A stretch of DNA of 24,000 bases from Patescibacteria group bacterium UBA6805 (GTDB lineage: Bacteria; Patescibacteriota; Minisyncoccia; Minisyncoccales; Minisyncoccaceae): NCBI GenBank assembly GCA_002452735.1, contig DKFD01000006.1, positions 39,621 to 63,620 of the forward strand, written 5' to 3'. Below are positions 1-7,700 of the stretch, piece by piece. Each line of letters starts with the position of its first letter. The first letter of the stretch is position 1. Position numbers and translations under genes: made by a program. The notes beneath the pieces are model-generated. The model saw only the letters and a list, made by a program, of their open reading frames with translations, was not told the DNA's origin and did no database searches.

Positions 1-1
1 T

Positions 2-532
2 ACTTGTAATGCGGGATATGCCAGAAGCGGCAACTCTTGCGTTGCCTTGGGCGGAGGTGGCGGAGGCGGAGGCGGTACTCCTCAGGGAGATTTGACCGCT
101 CCTTCTGTCGCAGATATCACGGTTATCAAAACCAGCACCAGTGCCACTGTTAACTGGAAAACAACCGAAGCATCGTGGACTTGGTTTTTGTGGGGAGCCA
201 CTGCCAATTACGCTAATGAGGTTAAGACCGAAGCATATGTTTTAACTCATTCTGCCGTCTTGACCGACCTTACCCCCAATACCACTTACTATTTCCAGAT
301 CAAGACCAAAGACGCGGCTGGAAATACCCTCTACGGTTCGGCCTTGAGCTTTACGACATCGGCTCAGGGAAGCAATACGCCGGTGACGGAAACACCTTCG
401 CAAACAGGGGGACAGCAGACCACGCCGTTCACTTTAAGCAAGCCTTTGAGCCAGATGAGCAGGGCGGAACTGCTGAACACGCTTTTGAGGCTGATACTGC
501 AGCTTTTGCTTCAGGGCAAGCTTCACTTCTAA
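2..532 (+). CDS. Secreted/surface protein, C-terminal part (5' end outside window): Cys motif, Gly9 linker, fibronectin type III-like domain, conserved C-terminal tail
   Basis: Frame 2 is open from the window edge (TCNAGYARSGNSCVALGGGGGGGGG...), so the TTG at 47 in the ORF track is probably internal. FN3-like signature (SATVNWKT...LTDLTPNTTYYFQIKTKDAAGN...LSFTT). The stop at 530-532 is followed by a hairpin/T-run terminator. Confidence 0.7.
   Translation, partial: TCNAGYARSGNSCVALGGGGGGGGGTPQGDLTAPSVADITVIKTSTSATVNWKTTEASWTWFLWGATANYANEVKTEAYVLTHSAVLTDLTPNTTYYFQIKTKDAAGNTLYGSALSFTTSAQGSNTPVTETPSQTGGQQTTPFTLSKPLSQMSRAELLNTLLRLILQLLLQGKLHF
428..529 (+). other. Conserved C-terminal tail motif, copy 1 (FTLSKPLSQMSRAELLNTLLRLILQLLLQGKLHF)
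   Basis: Hand alignment to the last 34 aa of the 1291-2727 protein gives 24/34 identical residues. The SKPLSQM core is 20/21 identical at nucleotide level. The rest of the two proteins is unrelated. Confidence 0.8.
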
Positions 533-548
533 AGAGTTGATAATAAAA

Positions 549-576
549 GCACCGCTCTCGGGCGGTGTTTTTGCTT
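549..576 (+). terminator. Rho-independent terminator
   Basis: GC-rich hairpin CACCGC(550-555)/GCGGTG(562-567) followed by TTTTTGCTTTT, 17 nt after the stop codon. Confidence 0.8.
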
Positions 577-590
577 TTCATGTTTTGTTG

Positions 591-659
591 ATGGTTGACA
601 GTTGACAGTAAGCTGTCAACCATATGGATGTTGACAAGATAATCTAACAGATATACAAT
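591..659 (+). promoter_or_regulatory. Toxin-antitoxin promoter/operator region: perfect 11-bp inverted repeat plus four GTTGACA copies and TTGACA-N17-TACAAT
   Basis: ATGGTTGACAG (591-601) and CTGTCAACCAT (613-623) form a perfect inverted repeat. GTTGACA occurs at 594-600, 601-607 and 630-636, and inverted at 614-620. The -35 TTGACA is at 631-636, followed by a 17-nt spacer and the -10 TACAAT at 654-659. The ATG is at 685. Confidence 0.6.
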
Positions 660-684
660 GTATATATAATAAATATACAAAAAC

Positions 685-957
685 ATGGATGCAATCATTA
701 ATTTTAAAACCGAAAAAAAGATAAAAAGCGAGGCCAAAGAAATTGCTCAAAAAATGGGGCTTAATCTAAGCGATGTTTTAAATGTTTGTCTGAGAAACTT
801 TGTTCGCGATAAGGAGTTGAGCATTAATGTTGAGGAGCCGTCCGATTACATGCTTAAAGAGTTAATCGGGGCGGAAAAAGAGGTGAGCGGGGGAAAGGTT
901 TCTCCTGAATTTGATAGTGCAAAAAAAGCTGTTGGTTGGCTGAATAAAAAACAATGA
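685..957 (+). CDS. Type II antitoxin, RelB/DinJ family
   Basis: The N-terminus MDAIINFKTEKKIKSEAKEIAQKMGLNLSDVLNVCLRNFV matches the RelB/DinJ ribbon-helix-helix pattern (INxRxDxxLKxxAxxxxxxxGLxxSD). The protein is 90 aa. It overlaps the downstream toxin gene by 4 bp (ATGA). Confidence 0.8.
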   Translation: MDAIINFKTEKKIKSEAKEIAQKMGLNLSDVLNVCLRNFVRDKELSINVEEPSDYMLKELIGAEKEVSGGKVSPEFDSAKKAVGWLNKKQ

Positions 958-1217
958 AAATTGTTTTTGCCAAAAGGTTTCAAAAACAATACCAGTCTGC
1001 TTCGGAACAGATTAAAAGCGATTTTAGCGGCAGATTGGGCGTTTTTATGAAAGACAAGCATGCCGTTGTCCTTAATAATCACTCCCTGAAAGGAAAATTA
1101 AAAGGATACAGAAGCATTAATGTGACCGGAGATTGGCGCGCTATTTTCAGGGAATCAAAAGACAGAAACTGTACAATATTTGTTTTATTGGGCAAGCACG
1201 GCGATTTATATAGATAA
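954..1217 (+). CDS. Type II toxin, YafQ/RelE-family mRNA interferase
   Basis: 87 aa. HSLKGKLKGYRSINVTGDWRAIF...LLGKHGDLY fits the YafQ/RelE pattern (HxLxGxxxGxxxxxxxxDWRxIF ... GxHxDLY). It is translationally coupled to the upstream antitoxin. Confidence 0.8.
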   Translation: MKIVFAKRFQKQYQSASEQIKSDFSGRLGVFMKDKHAVVLNNHSLKGKLKGYRSINVTGDWRAIFRESKDRNCTIFVLLGKHGDLYR

Positions 1218-1245
1218 TAGAAGCAGAAGCTTGATGTCTCGGCAT

Positions 1246-1278
1246 TTGATTTGCCTTTTTTTTATTCTATGATAGAAT
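1246..1278 (+). promoter_or_regulatory. Putative promoter with overlapping palindrome
   Basis: TTGATT (1246-1251), 16-nt spacer, TATGAT (1268-1273). The -10 lies inside a 7-1-7 palindrome ATTCTATgATAGAAT (1264-1278). The ATG is at 1291. Confidence 0.4.
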
Positions 1279-1290
1279 AAAAAGACAAAA

Positions 1291-2727
1291 ATGAGAAAAC
1301 GTATATATTTTTTAATATTTTTCTTTTGCCTGTTTCCCTTGTTTTGGGCCGAAGCAGATACATTGAGCCAGAAGACGGATTTTATCGTTGAGTCCAGTTA
1401 TTCTATTTCCGGGGAGAACAAAGTTTCGGCAACCCTGAAGAAAGTTTCCAACAGGCTCTATTTCTATTTTGAAGACAAGTGGTGGAGCAATCTGAACCAG
1501 CAAGAGGTTGATAAAATCGAGCAGATTTTAATTGATTTGGGAAACGAGTTTGATTCGGTGATTTATCCCAAGGCAACATCCCTCTACGGTTCGGAATGGA
1601 TTCCGGGAGTAGACAAGGACAGCAAAATCACCCTTCTTTTCTATCCCATGAAAGAAAACATGAGGGGGTATTTCAGGAATATTGACGGATATGAAAAGAT
1701 TGTCGCTCCCATGTCCAATCAGAGGGAAATGATTTATCTTAACGCTGAAAACATCCACAGTGCTTTTCTCAAAGAGTTTTTGGCCCACGAATTCGTCCAT
1801 TTGATTATTTTCAACCAAAAGGAAAGGCAACATGGCGCAACCGAAGACATCTGGCTCAACGAAGCAAGGGCCGAGTACATGATAACCTATCTGGGGTACA
1901 ACCAGAAAGAGAACAGCTATTTAAAGAGCCGAATAAGGGATTTTCTGGACAGGTCGAGCGATTCTTTGACCCAGTGGGACAGCGAGGCTTACGACTACGG
2001 GATAATCAACATGTTCGTCCACTATCTGGTTGACCAGTACGGGGCTGAAGTTTTGTCAGAGTCGTTAAGAACGAGCAAGACGGGCGTGGAAAGCATTAAT
2101 TACGCACTCAGCCAGCTGGGCAAGTCAAAAACCTTTGCCGACATATTCAGCGACTGGGCCATTGCTTCTTATCTGAATGACTGCTCTTTTTCCCAGAAGT
2201 ATTGCTACAAAGACGGCAATCTGGACAAGGTCCAGCTGGTTCCTTTCAATAATTTCCTGCCTTTGTCCGGAGAGAGTTCTCTTTCCGTTGGTCAGTCCTT
2301 GTCGGCTTGGTCTGCCCACTGGCAAAAATTCAGCGGAGCCAGAAGCGATGTAAAGATTGATTTTGACGGAAGAAACCAGAACAATCTCCGCGTTTTCTAC
2401 ATCATCAAGGACTTCGCGGGCAATTACGAGGTGAAAGAAATGGCTTTAGGCGCCGACAAAAAGGGGACAGTGACGGTTCTCGGCATGGGCAAGGATAAAT
2501 CCTCAATTGTTTTGGTTCCGGTTTCCCTGAGCTCTTCATCCAGCCTCTTTTATTCCATAACCGCCACCACCTTTGCCCAGCCAATTGAAAATCAGGGCCC
2601 TGGAAGCGAAATACAGCTGCCTTTCGAGATTAGCAAGCCATTGAGCCAGATGAACCGGGAAGAGCTCCTGGGCGTGCTTTTACGCCTTATAATCTACCTT
2701 TTATTGCAGGGGAAGCTGGTGCTGTAG
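1291..2727 (+). CDS. Secreted zinc metallopeptidase, gluzincin (clan MA(E)-like), with conserved C-terminal tail
   Basis: Signal-peptide-like N-terminus MRKRIYFLIFFFCLFPLFWAEA. HEFVH at 1786-1800 is followed 20 residues later by WLNE (1852-1863), resembling the M1-type HExxH...WLNE third-ligand arrangement. The C-terminal 34 aa are shared with the upstream FN3 protein. Confidence 0.7.
   Translation: MRKRIYFLIFFFCLFPLFWAEADTLSQKTDFIVESSYSISGENKVSATLKKVSNRLYFYFEDKWWSNLNQQEVDKIEQILIDLGNEFDSVIYPKATSLYGSEWIPGVDKDSKITLLFYPMKENMRGYFRNIDGYEKIVAPMSNQREMIYLNAENIHSAFLKEFLAHEFVHLIIFNQKERQHGATEDIWLNEARAEYMITYLGYNQKENSYLKSRIRDFLDRSSDSLTQWDSEAYDYGIINMFVHYLVDQYGAEVLSESLRTSKTGVESINYALSQLGKSKTFADIFSDWAIASYLNDCSFSQKYCYKDGNLDKVQLVPFNNFLPLSGESSLSVGQSLSAWSAHWQKFSGARSDVKIDFDGRNQNNLRVFYIIKDFAGNYEVKEMALGADKKGTVTVLGMGKDKSSIVLVPVSLSSSSSLFYSITATTFAQPIENQGPGSEIQLPFEISKPLSQMNREELLGVLLRLIIYLLLQGKLVL
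2623..2724 (+). other. Conserved C-terminal tail motif, copy 2 (FEISKPLSQMNREELLGVLLRLIIYLLLQGKLVL)
   Basis: See copy 1. It is preceded by a low-complexity linker (QPIENQGPGSEIQLP), as in copy 1 (TPSQTGGQQTTP). Confidence 0.8.
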
Positions 2728-2746
2728 TCTCGCCATATACTTGTAC

Positions 2747-2775
2747 TTGACTGCCGGGGATTAATTGGATATAAT
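2747..2775 (+). promoter_or_regulatory. Consensus sigma70-type promoter of the fic gene
   Basis: TTGACT (2747-2752), 17-nt spacer, TATAAT (2770-2775). This places the TTG at 2775 inside the -10 element, so the ATG at 2790 is the likelier start. Confidence 0.6.
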
Positions 2776-2781
2776 TGGATA
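2762..2781 (+). repeat. Perfect tandem 10-bp repeat TAATTGGATA x2 overlapping the -10 element and predicted transcription start
   Basis: TAATTGGATA occurs at 2762-2771 and 2772-2781, read directly from the sequence. Confidence 0.7.
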
Positions 2782-2789
2782 TAGTTAAT

Positions 2790-3866
2790 ATGTCCAATAA
2801 TTTTATGATGAAAAATATACGCTTTGACCAAAGATTAAAAAACATTCCAGCAGAAATCTGGTCAAAAGTAGCAAAAATCGATGAACTTAACGGGCAATGG
2901 ATTGCTGGCGCTAAACTGGGCCCGCAGATTTTAAGCCGTCTCAAGCGGTCTGTGTTGATTACCTCTGCCGGTGCTTCGACTCGCATCGAAGGTGCTCGGC
3001 TTTCCGACGAAGATATTGAAAAATTAATGCGTGGTATTGATATTCAAAAATTCGCCGGTCGCGACAAACAAGAAGTAAAAAGTTACATCGAATTACTTGA
3101 AAACGTTTTTAATTCTTGGAGGTCTCTTAAGTTTGGAGAGAACACGATTAAACATTTTCACGGTGAATTGCTGAAATATGTAAAAAAAGACGAGTTTCAT
3201 AGAGGCGAATACAAAAAAAACGAGAACAAGGTAGAAATGATTGACGCAGTAGGCAGGTCTGTTGGCGTTCTTTTCGACACTACGCCAGCATATCTTACTC
3301 CCAAGGAAATGCAGGAGTTGGTTGAGTGGGCCCGAGAATCTCTCGCCGAGAAAAAATATCACCCCCTTCTTATCGTGGGCAATTTTCTTATCGAGTTTTT
3401 GCAGATACATCCGTTTCAAGACGGCAATGGCAGGCTTTCTCGCGTTCTCACCAACCTTCTTTTGTTAAAAGAGGGGTATCTGTACGTACCCTATGTTTCC
3501 CATGAGAAATTAATTGAGGACAATAAGCCGGATTATTACATGGCTTTAAGAAAAAGCCAGAAGACCTTTAAAACGGACCATGAAGATATCACGCCCTGGC
3601 TGGATTTCTTTTTGGCTATTTTTTTGAAACAATCGAAGATGGCGGTTGAATTACTTTCGAAAGAGAGCGTTGAAAAGCTTCTTTCCGTTAAACAGCTTGC
3701 TGTCTGGGAGTGTTTGGAGAAAGCAGACGAAACAACTACCGGTGAAATAGTCCGAAAAATGAGAGTTGCGCGGCCGACAGTTAAGCAAGCGCTTGATAAA
3801 CTTCTGCGTCTTAAAAAAATCGAGCGTATCGGCTTGGGGAGAAGCGCGAGGTATAGAAAAATATAA
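2790..3866 (+). CDS. Fic family protein (class II, N-terminal inhibitory helix) with C-terminal winged-helix DNA-binding domain
   Basis: Fic motif HPFQDGNGRLSR at 3408-3443. Auto-inhibitory motif STRIEG ([ST]xxxE[GN]) at 2976-2993, upstream in the same polypeptide. The C-terminus TGEIVRKMRVARPTVKQALDKLLRLKKIERIG is wHTH-like. An alternative TTG start lies at 2775. Confidence 0.85.
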   Translation: MSNNFMMKNIRFDQRLKNIPAEIWSKVAKIDELNGQWIAGAKLGPQILSRLKRSVLITSAGASTRIEGARLSDEDIEKLMRGIDIQKFAGRDKQEVKSYIELLENVFNSWRSLKFGENTIKHFHGELLKYVKKDEFHRGEYKKNENKVEMIDAVGRSVGVLFDTTPAYLTPKEMQELVEWARESLAEKKYHPLLIVGNFLIEFLQIHPFQDGNGRLSRVLTNLLLLKEGYLYVPYVSHEKLIEDNKPDYYMALRKSQKTFKTDHEDITPWLDFFLAIFLKQSKMAVELLSKESVEKLLSVKQLAVWECLEKADETTTGEIVRKMRVARPTVKQALDKLLRLKKIERIGLGRSARYRKI

Positions 3867-3996
3867 GAATAAAAGACCAGTTAAAAATAGGGTATTGTCA
3901 AAATAATCATTTAATGGGACAATATCCTCAGCACCTTTTAATTATATTATATTTTAATTTTAAACGATGGTTTGGATTGTATGGAATAGTATCGAC

Positions 3997-4034
3997 TAGT
4001 TCTTTATTATTGCTCTTTTTAGTTCTTTATTATT
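3997..4034 (+). repeat. 15-bp direct repeat TAGTTCTTTATTATT x2
   Basis: Identical copies at 3997-4011 and 4020-4034, in the 232-bp intergenic region upstream of the 4099 gene. Confidence 0.6.
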
Positions 4035-4098
4035 TAGGTTCTGGCCCTTGGGCTGGAAGTTTGTCTGGTTGTATATAATTAAATAACAGTTAACCTTT

Positions 4099-4710
4099 AT
4101 GAATAAAAAGTTAAAGATATTTTTGGCGGTGATTTTAGTAATCATACTGGCATCTTTCTTAATTTTTAAGGTTGTTGAGTACAAAAACGAAAAAGCAGAT
4201 GAGTTAAACTACCTGTACATTGAAGATTTTACCAAAACAGAAATTGACGGTAAAACAATCTTAGAGAACAAGGACATTGGTCTTAAATTTACCGTGCCCC
4301 AGGGGTGGGAAGCCGGTTCTGCATATTGGGCGAATGTTTCTCTGGTTAGCCCTGATTTTGAGCCGTTAAGAAATGACCCGACGGCATCGCCTTGGCCACA
4401 AAAGGGGTGTTGGATAGACCTCGTTTTTTCTATAAATTATGCCCATGCGATTGACTACGAATTCATAAACAATTTGATAAACTTAAAAGGTTATTTGGAA
4501 AGCTATAACGAAGAAGGCAACCGTTATGAAATTATTGAGGTTGATGGTCTGAAGGCAGTTAAGGATAAGGATGAAGGAGACTATATGTCTGTTCGAATTC
4601 CCTTTAAGAGAAATGGAATATATTCTTTTGAGACTTATTTAATGGGCGAAAACAAAGAGGGGTGCCTTGACGAATTTAACGCTTTTCTTAATTCAGTTTA
4701 TATAAAATAA
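4099..4710 (+). CDS. Membrane-anchored extracytoplasmic protein, unknown function
   Basis: N-terminal anchor MNKKLKIFLAVILVIILASFLIF followed by a soluble domain. The LKFTVPQGWE-type strand is reminiscent of PsbP/Mog1-like folds, but this is weak. Its stop is 1 nt before the start of the giant gene, so co-transcription is likely. Confidence 0.6.
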   Translation: MNKKLKIFLAVILVIILASFLIFKVVEYKNEKADELNYLYIEDFTKTEIDGKTILENKDIGLKFTVPQGWEAGSAYWANVSLVSPDFEPLRNDPTASPWPQKGCWIDLVFSINYAHAIDYEFINNLINLKGYLESYNEEGNRYEIIEVDGLKAVKDKDEGDYMSVRIPFKRNGIYSFETYLMGENKEGCLDEFNAFLNSVYIK

Positions 4711-4711
4711 A

Positions 4712-7700
4712 ATGAAAATTAAAAATTTTCTCTTTAGTGCGGTATTAGCTTCATCGCTAATCTGCTTTTTGACGATACCTTCTAAGGTTTCGGCAATAGA
4801 ATTTAATCTTTTTGGATTTTCAGAAAAAACACCGCAGACTTTTTCTGAATTTGAGGCAAAGAATATATTGAAAAAATTTGATGGAATATTATTTAAAAAA
4901 TGGAGAGACCTCGAAGCTGACGCTTATAGTGACCCGAAAGAAAAAACCACGATAATATTTCTTAGAACGGCTCTTCGGTACAATGTTTGGAACTATATTT
5001 TTCAGGACCTTCCCATAGAAGTATCAATAAAAGTTGCAAAAGCAGTTGCAGAGATTGCCCGAATAGTAACATCTAACGACGTAATGAGTCTGGTGATAGA
5101 AAAACTGGAAAAAGAAACAGTCCGGCGTTCCGTGGAATATGCGATGGAACAGCTTTTTAAGAGCGATGTTAAAATTGCTTTCGGAGCCACGAAGGTAAAT
5201 TATGACACGGGCAAGGTAAAAGTTGATTCCAACTTGCAATATATAATGGTTTACACTCCCATTGACAAAGAGAAGGGGAATATCGTTGTAAGAATATATT
5301 CTCCTTATGAATTAGAGCCGCCAATAAGCCATGGTTCAATTGGATTAAGTATCGGCGTGGTGAACGACCTTCCCGAAGGGGAAAAGATTCCTCCTTTCGT
5401 GGTTGAATTTAGGGGAATTATTGGTAAGAAGTATTTTCCTTGGGATTATTGCTGGTACGGAGACCCTTCAATCGCCGTATATTTCCCCGACAACGTTCCC
5501 GACTTTGGATTTAGGCCCATCTCTAAATGGGATAAATATGTCGTTAATCCCATAAAAGAAGCGATTGAGAGTGTGACCGGGTTTTTCGGAAAACTGTTTC
5601 CCAAGGGAGAGGTGGTGGAATATTTTCCTTATGAAGAGCAAAGTGAAGAAGTTAAACAAGAGGTACAGGAAATGTCAAATAACGTAAACAATTACGTAGA
5701 GAATAAAAAAGAAGAAACACAGGAGGAAAACAAGAAAGAGATTAAAGAAACATCTGTTCCCAAAGTACAGCCTCCCGAAACACAGAAAGAAAGAAGGGAG
5801 TGTATTTTAAGCAATAGCAACCCCAAAAGAAGCTCGGTTTTGATTAATGAGGTCGCCTGGATGGGAAGCAAGAATAGCGCTAATGATGAATGGGTAGAGT
5901 TAAAGAATATCGGTAGCACGGGGGTAAACATCAAAGGCTGGAGCTTTTATGATAAAGATAAGCAGATAAATGTCTTTTTTGAACAAGATTATATTGTTCC
6001 CGCTGGCGGACTTGTGTTGCTGGAAAGAACGGATGACACTTCGGTTCCTTACGTGAAAGCTGATTTCATATATTCCGGGGCGATTTCCAACAAAGATGAA
6101 TCTCTTTATTTGTTTGACGCCCAGTGCGTACTTCAGGATTTTGTAGAAGCCAATTCTCAGTGGCCGGCCGGAAAGAGCGAAGAAAGGCGCACCATGGAAA
6201 GAGGGAGTGATTTAAGCTGGCATAGTTATAGTGGCAGCGGATATGCGGATATGTTTGGAACGCCGAAACAGGAAAATAGTCCTAAAAAAATAGAAGACGA
6301 GGGGAGTATCGAAACGGAACAGACCGAAGAAGAAAGCTCTAATAGTAACAGCAATAGCAACAGCAACAACTCGGGCGGTTTCGGCGGAGACATTGTGGCT
6401 TACTGTTCGCAAAGCAATTTAAGCAATCCAATCTTGTCGCCGATAGTAATTAACGAAGTCGCCTGGATGGGAACACAATTCAGCTCTAGTGACGAGTGGA
6501 TAGAATTGAAGAATGTTTCAGGAACAGATGTTAATTTGAATAACTGGCAGCTTTTGGATAAAGATAATCAAATCAGGGTTATTTTCGACACAAGCGACAT
6601 TGTCCCCGCCAACGGATTTTATCTTTTAGAAAGAACAGACGATACGTCGGTTCCCAATGTGCCGTTTAATAAGAAATATTCGGGAGCTTTGTCTGATACC
6701 AATGAATCTTTAAGACTTTTTAATTCAAGTTGCGAGTTGGTTGACGAGGTTAAGGCCGAAGAAAATTGGCCAGCCGGAGACAAAGAGAACAAAAAGACAA
6801 TGGAAAGGAATAGCAGCTTAAACGGCTGGCACACCTATTCTTTGTTAACGCCCGATGAAATTAGCGGTCTTTTCGGGACTCCGAAGAGGGAAAATAGCGA
6901 ATTAGCAGAAAGCGACCAGCGGCAAGAAGATGAGGAAAAAAACGATAATGTGCAAGAACAAATAGCGTTTGGTCTCGTTGTGTCCGAAATAGAATTAGGG
7001 GATGAAAATGGCTATGAATATGTAGAGATATTTAACCAGTCAGAAGAAGTAATTAATTTGTGTCAGGATGAAAATAATTGTTATTATCTTTCGTATTTTG
7101 CCAATACTTTTGACGACGAAGGAAAGCCGAGGCATGATTGGGACAATCCATACCGCAATTGGCCCCTTCAGGGGCTAATAATCAACCCCAATTCTTATCT
7201 TTTAATCGGAGACAAAGAGATTACTTCTCACGAGATTGTTTCTTTTCAATTGAGCAATTCCTCGGGTTCTTTGGCTCTATTTTCCAATAATCCCGTTTAT
7301 GCCGGGGAAGAAGAAAAGACCCAGGAAGAAAAGATTGTTTATGCGCAAGCTTTTAAAGTTGACGCTGTTGCTTGGAAGGATAAAGCCAATGACTTCGAGC
7401 CGACAGTAAGGGAGGGACAATCTTTTATTCTAACCGGAGAAGGAGTTTTGGGCAGGAAATATATAGAAGGTAAATACATAGACAGTGATAATAATTTTAA
7501 TGATTTTGAAATGCAAGAAAAGAGCCCTGAAAATAATCCTTCTTATCCTCCCGAAGCGATAAGCGACCTGAGTGTTCGGGGGGCAGGGAATAGGAGAAAC
7601 TCGGTTGTTTTGTCTTGGACGTTGCCATTCGACCTGGACACAAACAAAGACAGCCTTGATTATGAAGTTTATTATTCCTTAAATCAGGAAATTGACGTAA

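Noticed and set aside
429-737. 102-aa minus-strand ORF
   Set aside because: It runs across the terminator hairpin, the TA operator/promoter and the ends of two + strand genes. It is not a plausible coding unit.
3914-4078. 54-codon hydrophobic + strand ORF in the fic/4099 spacer
   Set aside because: It has no SD and no suitably placed promoter. It overlaps the direct repeats and the predicted promoter of the 4099 gene, and the AT-rich sequence readily yields Leu/Phe/Ile-rich frames. The evidence is insufficient to call it a gene.
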